Below, one piece after another: positions 12,398 to 29,735 of a stretch of DNA of 42,445 bases. Source of the DNA: Octopus sinensis (lineage: Eukaryota); contig NW_021835111.1 in assembly GCF_006345805.1 (NCBI RefSeq), positions 1 to 42,445 of the forward strand. The letters run 5' to 3'. Position 1 is the stretch's first letter, and each line of letters starts with the position of its first letter. The translations under genes and the position numbers were made by a program. Below the pieces are notes generated by a model. That model saw only the letters and a program-made list of their open reading frames with translations. It did no database searches and had not been told where the DNA came from.

Positions 12398-12582
12398 ATC
12401 GCTAGCCACTACACATTCTTTATTTTCTCTCTTCGTTTCTTTCTGTGTTCCTTTCCGTGGAAGAGCGTTGGCTCGAAACGTTAAAGACTTTTTCACTTCC
12501 CGAGCGTTAAACTAATACATCTATTCGTTGTTTACACCACCTGTCTTCGTCTTTTGTTGTTTTTTTATTGCGAATTCTCCCT
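12398..12582 (+). mobile_element. Hammerhead-bearing mini-element, copy 2
   Basis: Homologous to 7980-8150 (reverse) and 39258-39445. Confidence 0.8.
12451..12486 (+). ncRNA. Minimal hammerhead-like motif, variant core
   Basis: CUUU-CCGUGGA-A-GAGC(GUUG)GCUC-GAA-ACGU-U-AAAG; U4 and A6 both changed. Confidence 0.55.
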
Positions 12583-12599
12583 ATATATATGTATGTGTG

Positions 12600-12644
<45 letters not shown>

Positions 12645-12763
12645 CATGTATGTATGTATGTATGTATGTATGTATGTATGGATGGATGGATGGATGGATG
12701 GATGGATGGATGTGGAGGTTTTCAAATAGCGTCAGGACAAATTTTTATCTAAAATACCAGATG

Positions 12764-12954
12764 ATCCCACATTGTGACAAGAGACACAAAGAAGAGCAGC
12801 TTCCTCTAAATCTCTACTTCACTAAAAACTGTACAGAAAAGAAACCCTGACACTCTGAGAGGCGGTGTTCCAGCATGGCCCCAGCGTCTACCTGAAACCA
12901 GTAAAATTTAAATAAAATATGCGACGTACTTTTTTCAATTTCCGTCTACCGAAT
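12764..12954 (+). repeat. Arm 1 of a ~190-bp inverted duplication (partner 20272-20463)
   Basis: Aligns end to end with the reverse complement of 20272-20463, including a chimeric junction of unique DNA and two SINE ends. Confidence 0.9.
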
Positions 12955-13060
12955 CCACCTACAAGGCTTAATTCAGCTCGAGGCTATACTAGAAGACACC
13001 GGCCCAAGTGGGACTGAACCGGGGACCATGTGGTTGGGAAGCGAACTTTTTACCGCCAGA
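12920..13060 (-). mobile_element. Family A SINE head, degraded
   Basis: tttccgtctaccgaatccac...gaagacac...gtgggactgaaccggggaccatgtggttgg. Confidence 0.8.
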
Positions 13061-13374
13061 CTAAAGAACCCGGGATACAAGGATGCAGACCAATTTCGTT
13101 TGATGCTAAAAACGCGTAGTTTGACAGAAGTTGTAACGTGTTGGTTTGCGATGTTGTTTGTCTGCCGTTACATACGAAAGGAAATAAAGCATAAAAGAAA
13201 CACGAGAGAGTTGATATACTAAACCATCCAAATAATTATTATACATATTTCATAATTATAATTAATAGTGACAACGTGACATGCTGAGTTCAAACCCCAC
13301 TCGGGTCAACATTGGTTTTCATTCTGCTGAGGTTGATCAAATAAATACCTGTCAAGTAGTGTGGCCCATATATA

Positions 13375-13428
<54 letters not shown>

Positions 13429-13490
13429 TTATGTGTTTGTGTTTGTGTGTGTGTGTGGTGTGTGTGTGTGGTTGGTGGTGTGTGTGTGTG

Positions 13491-13532
<42 letters not shown>

Positions 13533-13739
13533 TTGTGTAATGGACGGAAACCTCTCAAAGGCATTTTTGCCTTGTGCCGAAGCTTGATGGCAATAATTAA
13601 TAGAGACATTAATTTTTGAAATTTCTCGGTTAACACAAAAATACATAAATAGTCTTTGACCAAAGTGATGACTAACGTAAAATAGGCCAGAATCATATGT
13701 GACAGAAGTGTGGTATTATTTTTTATATATTCAATTAAT

Positions 13740-14235
<496 letters not shown>

Positions 14236-14299
14236 CTTTCCCACCAGTTGGTAGTTGGATATTCCACAATAAATATTGATGCAATAATTCATCAAAGCT

Positions 14300-14830
14300 C
14301 TATAATAGATTGTCATTCTTCTCCGAGTGTCAAATATTACATCTTTTATTGTCGTTATGCTTAAAATGAAAGTATATTTGGTGAGTGATGTCTTGATATT
14401 TCTTTCTGGATTCCTGAATGTATGCGCTTGATGCAAAAACATCTTAAATGTATTTTCAGGAAATTTATATAACTAGACTTCACTACTATGTGCAAAATGT
14501 GTCTTAGCTTGATAAAGTAATGCTTTAGAAAAGCTCATATTGTTTATAAGGTTAATTACATAGACGGGAAGTATGTTTACAGCTTTCAGGGAAATGTTCT
14601 CTTCTGTATATACATGCTATGGAAAAGGTGAAGTATTCAGTGCGACTGTAGCTTACCTTAACGTTCTTTCTATTAAAGATCTTATGAGAGCTTTCACTCG
14701 CGAGAAACTGCTTATTTAATAAGGCCTTGGAAATTCTGGTACCATATTAAAGAATCATTTAAACTATATAGGGGATTATACCATAGAATAATTTGTTCCC
14801 TATTTCTGCGTTTATGACTGTAAGGGTTGC
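14300..14830 (-). mobile_element. Degraded Penelope-like element: linker and GIY-YIG endonuclease remnant
   Basis: Across frameshifts: IILWYNPLYSLN ... LNKQFLASESSHKIFNRKNVKVSYS ... KALLYQAK ... ENTFKMFLHQAHTFRNPERNIKTSLTKY, matching the PLE pattern IIW.NPPYS.N / KIFNRN.VKVSYSC / TFK.R...H..SF....T.LSKY. Confidence 0.75.
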
Positions 14831-15553
14831 TCTGTATGTAATACATTCTATCTTCCGATCACTACAATAATAAAGGACTTGGGCGAAAGATTTTTTGTCC
14901 AGTGATAAAGTAGATTTGTGCTTACTTTTTAACTAAGTTTTTAGGTCTATTTGAAATCGATTGGAATGTGTGCTCATACGCCGCAGTTTCTTCTTTGGTT
15001 TACTATAAGAGTCATCTGCTCAAATGCGTAAATTTAATATTAAATCTAATGTGAAACTTATGTTGTTAAGGTTGTTTCTATTTATACTGATTTATCTGTT
15101 GTTGCTGATCTTGCAGCTGTTCCTTAACCCCAGCCAACACCGACCCAACGGAATTCAGAGGAAAAACATCTCGGCTATGTTCGTGCAATATTTTATTCGC
15201 GGAAGTATCTCTAGAACATTATCCAACATGCATACATACATAAGTACATGCGTACGTACGTACGGACAAGGCATACTTGCATACATACATACATACATAC
15301 ATACATACATACATACATACATACATACATACATACATACATACATACATACATACATAGAGCAGAACAATTCCAACGTGATAATCGATCAGTTAGAAAA
15401 GAAATTAGGCACAGCAGCAGAAATTGTCTTGCAGAAACTGTGCAATGTCCTCATAATACTATCAATTTATGAGGCATGATTACGTGTCAAACATTATGTA
15501 ATAATAATTTTGAAGGTAAAATATTAAATAGTTATATTATAAGGAGTGCATGT

Positions 15554-15892
15554 GAAGGCGCATGGCTCAGCGGTTAGATCGTCGAGCTTACGATCGTGAG
15601 GTTATGAGTTCGAATCCCGGACCGGGCTGCGTGTTGTGTTCTTGAGCAAGTCACTTTATTTCACGTTGCTCCAGTTGACTCAGCTGTAGAAAATAGATGT
15701 GACGTCACAGGTGCCAAGCTGTATCAGCATTTGCCTTTCCCTTGGATAACACTAGTGGCGTGGAGAGGGGAGGCCGGTATGCATGGGCGACTGCTGGTCT
15801 TCCATAAACAACCTTGCCCAGACTTGTGCCTGGGAGGATAACTTTCTAGGTGCAATCCCGCAGTAAGTCATGATCGAAGGGGGTGGTCTCTT
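15554..15892 (+). mobile_element. Family B tRNA-derived SINE, near full length
   Basis: A box tggctcagcggttag, B box gagttcgaatccc, central gttcttgagcaagtcactttatttcacgttgctccag; homologous to 30313 and 37685 copies. Confidence 0.9.
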
Positions 15893-16349
15893 AAGGAATG
15901 CATAAGCACTCATAACAGGAAAGAATTCAGGCAGATTGCTTCTATTAATTCTTCTATACGATGTAAGCATAACAGATCAAACAATTATTTTGGACAGAGA
16001 ATAGAAAGTATACACAGTTAGTGAAGCATAAGGCTAAAGCTTAGTGTTAAAAGAACACCTTTCTAACGAACGTATGAGGAATCTGCAGATACTGCAACTA
16101 GAATACAGTTCTACATCTATATCTGCAATTAATGGAACGTTTTTGAAATATGTAACTAAAGCTTTTTACCAACTTTGAGAAGTTGAGTCTCACAAAACTA
16201 AAAAGGCACAGTTAAATTAATTGCACTTCCAAGTCATTAATGGAAATGTGAGAATATGAAAAAATGTTCGAGAAGTTTAGCATACCATATGTGCTTATAA
16301 ACACGATTAGACATACAAACATATGTACACATGCATAAATTAAGATATA

Positions 16350-16542
16350 CGAGGAGGCTGCTGAAATGTTCCTGGCTTTAAGAGCATTGCAAAGGCTTGG
16401 TTGGAGGTCCGACCTTCCGAGTTCTTTTACAGGGCTTAGATAAACTAAAGGATCGCTACAGTGTGTAAGTCTGAGAAAGGAATATGTTGAATAAAATCAT
16501 AATTAATTGTTCCTCTTCTATATTCTTTCCAGCACATACTCG
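16350..16542 (+). mobile_element. Mariner-derived MITE, copy 1
   Basis: TA|cgaggaggctgctgaaatgttcctggcttt ... cagcacatactcg|TA; homologous to 38443-38659; right TIR partly deleted. Confidence 0.85.
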
Positions 16543-16875
16543 TAAATAACTTACACATTCCACGGCATGCATGATTGCTGACATGCTTACATGTGGACAC
16601 ATACATGCACACAACTGTACATACAGGATGATGACCGTCCACTCGTGACCAACGAAAACCATTACTGACCTTTAGGAACATTGTGTGCTCAAGACGACCT
16701 TATACTTTACACTTGCAGGTCCGTTGGTGACTAACGAGCCCTGCTCTTGACAAACATATAAGACTGCAAACATTGCAGACCAACCTTTCCCCATTCATTA
16801 TACTAGCAATGCATTTTAAGCAGTACGTTTAAATTCCTCATGAAGAATACATTTTCTTTCAAAAGTCTCTTTCAC

Positions 16876-17215
16876 CTATTTCCTCCATCCGCGGTGATGA
16901 CATGCATTACTCTCCCAGTCAGCCTCTTGCATTTCACAGGCCTTTAATGAGAACTTTACACAGTCCTTAAATCGCAGTCTTGGGTTCTGCCGGGATCCCT
17001 TTCTCCTAGCAAGTTCCCTACATAGCATCTGTTTGGGGATCCCGTTATCATTCATTCTAACAAGGTGTCCAGTCCAACATAACCGGTGTTTGTGCACCAT
17101 CGCCTCAATACTCAGGATATCGGCTTTCCTCAGGACCTGTGTATCTGGAGTTTTTAAGGTCCAGCCAACATTCAGAATATGTCTCATACATCCCTTATAG
17201 AAGCGTTAAAGGACC
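16876..17215 (-). mobile_element. RTE/BovB-type LINE ORF C-terminal fragment
   Basis: RFYKGCMRHILNVGW...RLCWTGHLVRMNDNGIPKQMLCRELARRKGSRQNPRLRFKD matches the RTE motif LRWAGHV.RM...RIPKQ.L.GEL..GKR.RG.P.LR.KD. Confidence 0.88.
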
Positions 17216-17419
17216 TTTACATGACGTGTTTGTAAATAGTCCATGTTTCACATGAGTACAGGAGCGATGTTAGTACACATGTACGGTATACGACAATTTA
17301 CAATTTTTGTTCGCCTTGTGATACCACATTGGGTCCAGACTCGAGATTCAGGACACCTGATGGAATCAGTTGCTCTCTGCAGCCTAAAAGATATTTTATC
17401 ATCCTGGGAGCAAGACCAG

Positions 17420-19352
<1,933 letters not shown>

Positions 19353-19852
19353 GGCGGCCATATGCTTAGAAACCGGCTATGTCTCTACCCATATTATAAA
19401 GGTGCATTGGCGGATTTGATAATGTTAATGGTGTTGAGAGCTTGGGGAAAGAGACCATCAAGCTTCTATACTACAAACTGAATCTACAGTGAAAATATGT
19501 AAGACTTTTGTAAAATTCAGTTTTTAACAGTATACTGTTGTTACTGTTGTTACATTCCAATGACAGCTTTTATTCTTCTTAGAAACTAACCCCCTTTCTT
19601 TATAAGAAGCATTCAAAGAATTACGAAATAAAAGGGACCAGACACACATCCTTACATGCACACACCTACACGTACTCACATATACACAGTTGTTTTCAGA
19701 TGTATCTATTCACATATATTGGCATGTATAAAATACATACATGAATGCATGCATATTTGCTTGCAATACACACACACGTATGACTAAATACATGACCTGC
19801 ATGTATATAAATCTATGCATACAAACGTGCGTTCATATATATATATAATATA

Positions 19853-19902
<50 letters not shown>

Positions 19903-20271
19903 TATATATATATATATATACGTACATATATGCACATAAATATACATATGGTTTTAAAGAAAGACAGCTGGATTTAATAACATCGTTTTCAACTGAGACA
20001 GTGACGGAATTTTACCAAAAGAATTGTTCATATTTGTTTGTTGTAGGCGCGAAAAACTACTTTCTAACCAAAAATATAAGAAGAAATATTAACATCAATG
20101 GTGTCTCTCTATTTCGGTTGTTCCTCGAAGTAAGCGTTACAAATACTTAAGTATTTAAAAAAATACTATCGTATAAAGGTACTGTGAGCTAAGATAGAGT
20201 GACGAAGCATCCTACTTGCCAGATTTAAGACATATGGCAATCTGAGATTCAACGATGCATCTGCGTCACCA

Positions 20272-20463
20272 ATTCGGTAGACGGAAACTGAAAGAAGTAC
20301 GTCGTATATATATATTTTTATTTTACTGGTTTCAGGTAGACGCTGGGGCCATGCTGGAACACCGCCTCTCAATGTGTCGGGGTTTCTTTTCTGTACAGTT
20401 TTAAGTAAAGAAGAGATTTAGAGGAAGTTGCTCTTCTTTGTGCCTCCTGCCGCGATGTGGGAT
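20272..20463 (-). repeat. Arm 2 of the ~190-bp inverted duplication (partner 12764-12954)
   Basis: See arm 1; shares private variants such as cagcgtctacctgaaacc and gacgtac. Confidence 0.9.
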
Positions 20464-21908
20464 TAGTATTAGTTGTGGATGAGTTAGCTGTTTGTACGCA
20501 TGTATATGCAATCAGTAGGTGCAAGTTGACCGTATGGTTAAGAAGTTTGTTTTGCAGCAACGAAGTCCTGGGTTCGATTCCACAGCGATCATTTTCTGTA
20601 AGCTCGGATCGTCTCATACTTTGTGAGTTGGCGGAAACTGTCTAGGATCCGACAGGCCAGTTGGATTGCACTCATAAATCAAAAACTTTGTCATACTATC
20701 TTACGCTGATTATACCCAAGAACTACGTCAAGGGTACACAACCGTGTAATGTTCAGTCAATTACACGTAAATTCAGAAACAGGTAATTCAGTTGATGGAA
20801 TAACGGAATTTTCGCGTTTGAGTATATATGTAGTGAGAACAACAAACATAAACGAACACAGATTACAATAGTCATACATACACATATATAGTTCTATCGA
20901 AAATTTTGGTAGACTATAAAAGCGGAATAAAACAAGGAAGGCAAAGTATTTAGAGAGCGGGGTCGATATAACTGACTGAATCACTTGAGGATGATTCCAC
21001 TGCGACCATGGGCCAATGGCCGAGGCAAGTAAAAGAAAATACATGCACTCACGCAAGTACAATTTTATGGGTAATCTTGTTAGGATCTAAAAGTGGTATA
21101 AAACGCAAAATTAAATTCAAGAATAGTCGACCAGATAGATACATACTTGTGAAACGGCGAAATAAGATGGAGATTCGGTCGTGAAAGCTGCCTGCTTGAT
21201 GGTTTTGTCATAAAATACTCATATACAAGCGAAGGAAGACATATATGGTGCACAGATCAAGAGTTTGCGAGTCAAATATCGCAATAACGTATTCTCTCTC
21301 TCTCTCTCACCCTTTCTATCTTTTTTCTCTCTGTTCTTTTCTCTCTTTCTCTCTCTCCCTGCCTCTTTATCTGTCTCTCTTTCTCTCTCTATCGCTCTGT
21401 TGGATTTATCTTGACACTTTTACACTTCTCTAAGTTATAAATCAACCTATATGAAGCAAGTGAATATTGTACGAGCCAACTAGAGGCTTCTATGTGGACG
21501 CTCTGTATGCTAGAAACATCACCAAAGCCCCTATTGCATTACATTGAGCGTCTTACATACACAAAATCACACTGGATAATGTAGTTGTACATGCTCCTAC
21601 AAAGACTGGATGGTCATAGTTAGAGTACTTTTGATCATAATTCTAATCTATCGAGATTGACCCGGGACTGTGCAACAACAAAAACCAACGAAAGCAGGTC
21701 TTTGTTGTTGCTGCTGTTGTTGTTGTTGTTGTTAAGCAACAAGACGGTTAACGGTGATTAGGTGATGGTCTAGGGCTTAGGGGCGGGAGAGCCCAGACCT
21801 TGAAAAAAAAACTTTGGTCGTCTTGTTGTAGTCCAGGGCTCTTCGTTGACGCCCGACCCCACTGGGAGATGGCTCTCGAAGTCGCTGGAAATGGAGACCT
21901 CCAGGTCC

Positions 21909-23512
21909 AAATTCTTGAACGGTTGTTGTTGCTGCTTAGGACCGATATTCAAAGATTTTGAAGCCATGACTATCCCACCTTTTTTATATATTTTTTCAAC
22001 CAATGTGTATACAATGACCACGTTACCCAGTTATCTAGCGTGATTTGAGGAAGACGAGGTTGATTTCTAGCAAGTAGAATGACCACTTTGAAGCTCTTGC
22101 CGTGGGTAATTGAGAACTGAAGGTAACTACCTATGGTCCGTCGAAAAACAATAGCGAATAAAATTCGTAAAAAAAATTACATATTTTGTTATGTATTTGC
22201 ATGTCAATGATATTGAGATAGATATTTAAATATGATTTTCTAACATTGATACAGCGCCGGAATTTGGCAGGCGGGTTGTAATTGATTATATACACAGAGT
22301 GCGAGATGGGTACTTCATTTACCGATTCCGAAATAATAAACTGTAAAGCTGACTTCGGCAGGATTCGAACTTCTATTAAGAGAAGATATTTTATTATTGT
22401 CTACAAAAGAATATTATATACTAGCAGTATCGCCCGGCGTTGCTCAGGTTTGTAAGGGAAATAACTATATAAGCATTTTTAGAGAGTTATAGCGGAAAAA
22501 AAATGATGGTAAATTTTTTTTGAGAGTTAAAAAAGGTCGAGTTGCGTCTCCTAGACAGTCTGTGGTTTGTGTTTCTGATTCTCGACCCCATGTCGAATTT
22601 ATCGATTTTTTTTCAGAAGTGAGGGAACTTTTCAAAATTTTCGCTGCGTTAGTTTTGAATTATGACATTGGCTATGTGTGTGTCAAGTTTCATCAGAATC
22701 GGTTGAAAGCAGTGGTCAGGGTGAGGGTACAACCAAACAGACACACAGAAACACACACAGACAAACTGCCGTTTATATAGAGAGAGATGTACATCATATA
22801 TTATTCATGACATTATAAATATGATACTTACATAATATTACACATGAATGTGTTAAACAATTATTTCTTTATTTTTTGACTTTTATTTCTTTATTGAATG
22901 TGTTAAACAATATTACCTTACACATTATAAACGAATGTGCTATGTCTTGTATATCTAAAACAAAATGTAATATATCTTGCATATAACATATTATGCATGA
23001 CTATATTCATATGTTAGATACTGCTTAAGTTTGTACGTTATATCAACCAGCTACGTAACATTTTACAAATTTATGTGTTCTCTCATGTTATCACATTACT
23101 CTTATGTATTACATGTTATAAATAACATATGCTATACACGTATTAGATCATGAATATTAAATATATATGATATAATAATCACCGGAGTGGGATATTATAC
23201 ATGAATCACAACTCATCAGGAAAGCCACAACACAGTCGCTCGGCGCGCAAGGAACAAAAACAAACTAAATCTCGCTCAAATTAGAACCCACTTCTTTAAT
23301 ATATGGCGTATTAGACAAAGTAGTCCAGGATTAAAAAAAAATCACGATGGACGGATGGCCACGGCCGAAAATATTTTAATTACAGGTTTCTCAGAACTAG
23401 GAATAAACAGCAGCAACACTAACATGATAAAAGAATGTGTTTTATCCCTAAATTTATGATATCCATAGATTTATCAATAAATGTATATACATACACACGC
23501 ACACACACACAC

Positions 23513-23568
<56 letters not shown>

Positions 23569-23603
23569 ATAATATATATATATATATATAAGGTATGATG
23601 GGT
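21909..23603. repeat. Tandem duplication, copy 1 (carries a Helitron)
   Basis: Begins aattcttgaacggttg, ends aaggtatgatgggt; collinear with 23604-24948 apart from 22421-22787. Confidence 0.95.
22421..22787 (-). mobile_element. Non-autonomous Helitron, insertion proven by an empty site
   Basis: Minus-strand A|TC ... hairpin ... CTAG|T; the duplicate reads aaaagaatattatata|tgtacatcatata (~24110) without it and with no TSD. Confidence 0.93.
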
Positions 23604-26234
<2,631 letters not shown>

Positions 26235-26295
26235 TATATATATAAACGTATAGATGTATGTACAAATACGTATATATATATATATTATATATATT

Positions 26296-26342
<47 letters not shown>

Positions 26343-26652
26343 TATATATGCATATATATGTATATTATTATATGATTGAAGACCACGCATCCTCTTCCAA
26401 GTAAGATTTATCTTAATAATTCTGATGCGCACTTTATACGACCCTTCGTTTTTCTCTCTTTTTCTCTATCTTATTCTTTTACCTCCTCTTCTCCCACTAT
26501 TCTATCCTATTACTCTGTCACTCTCTCTCTCCCTCACGCCTCCTCTCTTGCTCACGTGGCTCCCGCGTGACCTTCCGCCAATTTCTTTCTTTCTCTCCGT
26601 TGTAGCTGGATATATATGCATATATACGTATGTATATATGCATATATATATA

Positions 26653-26750
<98 letters not shown>

Positions 26751-26869
26751 TTATATATATATATATATATTATTTATATTATTATATGACTGAATGCCAC
26801 TCATCCTCTTCCAAGTAAGTTTTATCTCATATATATATATATATATACACAAACACGTCTGTCTCTGTG

Positions 26870-26916
<47 letters not shown>

Positions 26917-27633
26917 ATATACGCGTTTATTCTATGGATTCTATATAAGCCAAAATGTTGTTGACCTCTCCTGAGACAAAACACTTCTGGCTTCCTCCTC
27001 GAATATGCTTACATTCTTTTTTTCGGAACAGTGGCTCTCGAAGCACATTAGACTACGAATAAAAGCGTGTAGATATTGGGTCGAAAAACCTTTTTGGATA
27101 CAAAAGTCCAAAGTCTAATATTTCTATGGTATTATTTATAGCTCTATGTGCTCCGAGATCCACTGCTCCAAACAGGAATTATTTTCACATTCTCTCCAGA
27201 GTTTATAAAATTCTTATGACGTTTACATTCTTATAGTTATTTCTATTTACATTCATTGCAATACTGATTCCTGCTGTGCTGTGCATAAATTATATATTGT
27301 TTGATAAATGATGAGCCGTCAAAACCCGAATGTGCAAATTAAGTTATCCATTATCCTAATTTTCGACTGTTTTATATAAAAACGACGTTCCATCACCTTA
27401 ATTAGTGAACGAAGCCGAGTACGACTTCGTCAGCAGAGTTCACCCACTACTTTTCTCCTGCACATCGGAAACATAGAAGGAATACACATACCTGGTAATT
27501 TCTCCAGCACGCTGGCCCGTTAATATTCAAATATATATGCGCACACGCGTATGTGTATATATAGAGAGAGATAGTGATGCAAAATAAGCACGCTTGGCCC
27601 TGATATATAATATAATATCATATTTATATATAT

Positions 27634-27682
<49 letters not shown>

Positions 27683-27942
27683 AATTAAGGTAGAAAACGC
27701 TAAAATAATTTTATAAAAAGCCTTTCAGTGCCGGTTTCAGTCATTGAGACTTTTTCAACTGTAAGTATGGAAAATAATTATATTTTGGAAAAATTAAAAG
27801 AAGAGTTTTTTAAAAGAACATTTGTGTGGTATTCAAATACAAGAGGCTCTTTCTTTGTTTCTGCCTGTCTCTGTCTCTCTTGTTTACTCTTGTGGGTTCG
27901 AGGTCGTTGTGAATTCTTGGCAGAGAAGAAGAAAAAGAAGAA

Positions 27943-27944
<2 letters not shown>

Positions 27945-28004
<60 letters not shown>

Positions 28005-28050
28005 TAGTAGTAGTAGAAGAAGAAGAAGAAGTAGAAGAAGAAGAAGAAGA
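27945..28050. repeat. (TAG)n then (GAA)n microsatellite
   Basis: Directly visible; abuts the truncated R4-type LINE. Confidence 0.97.
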
Positions 28051-28650
28051 AGACACGACAATCAAAGGAAACCAATCCACTGGGAGCTATCTAGAAGGCT
28101 GGGATTTGAACAAGCTGATAAATGGTATGAACATGGACCTAGTAAAGTACTAGAAAGTAAGAAATACAAGATGTGGGACTTTAACATTCAGATTGACAGA
28201 GCAATAGAAGCTAGAAGGCCTGATTTGGTAGTAGTAGATAAAGACAATAGAAATTGCTTTTACAATCTCATATGATGAAAACATTAATATGAGAGGTATA
28301 GACAAAATAGCTAGATACCAGGACCTAGCTATTGAATTACAGAGACTATAAAAAGTACGGGTAAATGTATCCTAGTTGTTATAGGTGCATTGGGAACTAT
28401 CCCTAAAGATCTAAACAGATGGATAAAGGAAAGAGGCATAAAACCCAGTTTAGTACAACTCAAGAAAACAGTGTTATTAAGGACAGTTAGAATACTTAGA
28501 AGGGTTCTTGGAATCTGAGGTTAATTGTTGTAACTCATTAGGAGGGCTCTTGGCATCTAAGGCTACTGGTTGTAGCCCAATGTAAGGATTCTTTTCTTTT
28601 CCAACAGTCAAATCTGTTGAGTGAATATGAATAATAAGAATAATGATGAT
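28051..28650 (+). mobile_element. 5'-truncated R4/Dong-type LINE: restriction-like endonuclease region and 3' UTR
   Basis: RHDNQRKPIHWELSRRLGFEQADKWYEHGPSKVLESKKYKMWDFNIQIDRAIEARRPDLVVVDK...ARYQDLAIEL...VVIGALGTIPKDL...KTVLLRTVRILRRVLGI* (stop 28516-28518); a second short 3' end follows at ~28538-28650. Confidence 0.88.
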
Positions 28651-28654
28651 AATA

Positions 28655-28790
28655 AAACCTCCAGAAAACTGTGTTATTAGGAACTGTTAGGAGGGTCCTT
28701 GGCATCTAAGGTTATTTGCTGTTGCCCGATATTAGAAATTTCTCTTTTCCAACATTTATTGTTCGTATATGAAATAATAATAATAATAAT
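28655..28790 (+). mobile_element. Third, short 3' end of the same R4/Dong-type family with (AAT)n tail
   Basis: ctccagaaaactgtgttattaggaactgttaggagggtccttggcatctaa = LQKTVLLGTVRRVLGI*. Confidence 0.8.
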
Positions 28791-28812
28791 GATCATGATG
28801 ATGATGATGATG

Positions 28813-28865
<53 letters not shown>

Positions 28866-28902
28866 TATTATTATTATTATTATTATTATTATAATAATAA
28901 TG

Positions 28903-28942
<40 letters not shown>

Positions 28943-28944
<2 letters not shown>

Positions 28945-29301
28945 GCCTGGGGGAGCATCATAGCCTGGGGGAGCATCATAGCCATGTGTTGAGAGGGATT
29001 CTTTGGAGTTTGAATAATTCACCTCTGGAAACATGGGTGGTTCTTTCAACATCCTTAAACAACCCTTATTCAGGGACCGTTTGAGTGGGATGGGCTACTC
29101 AACCTGAAGAAAATTCTAACTGGGCTCCACCTGCAAGGTCATGTGCTGTTTATCTTGATATGAGATCACCATGTCGCGCACATATGGTTGTGATGCATGT
29201 GCCTGGTGTACCCTTATCAGACGGATAGTCATGATGGGTATACTGGGCTTCGTATATTTTACCCCAGTGTCACTTTGATGGCATGCTCTGCTCGCTCACT
29301 C

Positions 29302-29302
<1 letters not shown>
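28943..29302 (+). mobile_element. ~360-bp non-coding repeat embedded in (AAT)n
   Basis: (AAT)n on both sides; starts with a tandem 18-mer tagcctgggggagcatca x2. I recall this sequence as a common octopus repeat, but only one copy is in the window. Confidence 0.55.
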
Positions 29303-29333
<31 letters not shown>

Positions 29334-29355
29334 CAAGAACAACAACAACAACAAC

Positions 29356-29411
<56 letters not shown>

Positions 29412-29735
29412 TAATAATAATGAATTCACATAATAACGTGATACTCACAAATTAGTTACACACAATAGTGTAATCCAATATCATCACATACAAAAAAATA
29501 TTTTCATATAAGATCATGCAATAACGTCGTATAATAACAACATGAAACAATAAATTCACGCAGTAACCTCGTGCAATACTATCATAATATGAAAGTAACC
29601 CAATAACGTCACACAAAAAAGATGTCGCATAAAAATGTCCATGCTGTAATATTACATAATAATACCAAGCAAGGAATTAACTTAAGAATGTCCCACAATA
29701 AAATCACACAATAATACCTTATTATAGCATAGCTG

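Noticed and set aside
15554-15625. tRNA gene (also 40263, 30313, 37685 heads)
   Set aside because: A and B boxes are present but no acceptor stem closes, and each continues into a shared SINE body.
21770-22021. 83-aa GC-richer ORF on minus strand as a host exon
   Set aside because: No recognisable domain, no convincing splice pair, overlaps repeat fragments and the duplication breakpoint.
22685-22700. CUGAUGAAAC on minus strand
   Set aside because: Inside the Helitron; no stem II.
23345-23380. GGCC-AC-GGCC-GAAA-AUAUU motif (also in the duplicate near 24680)
   Set aside because: No CUGANGA core and no stem I pairing.
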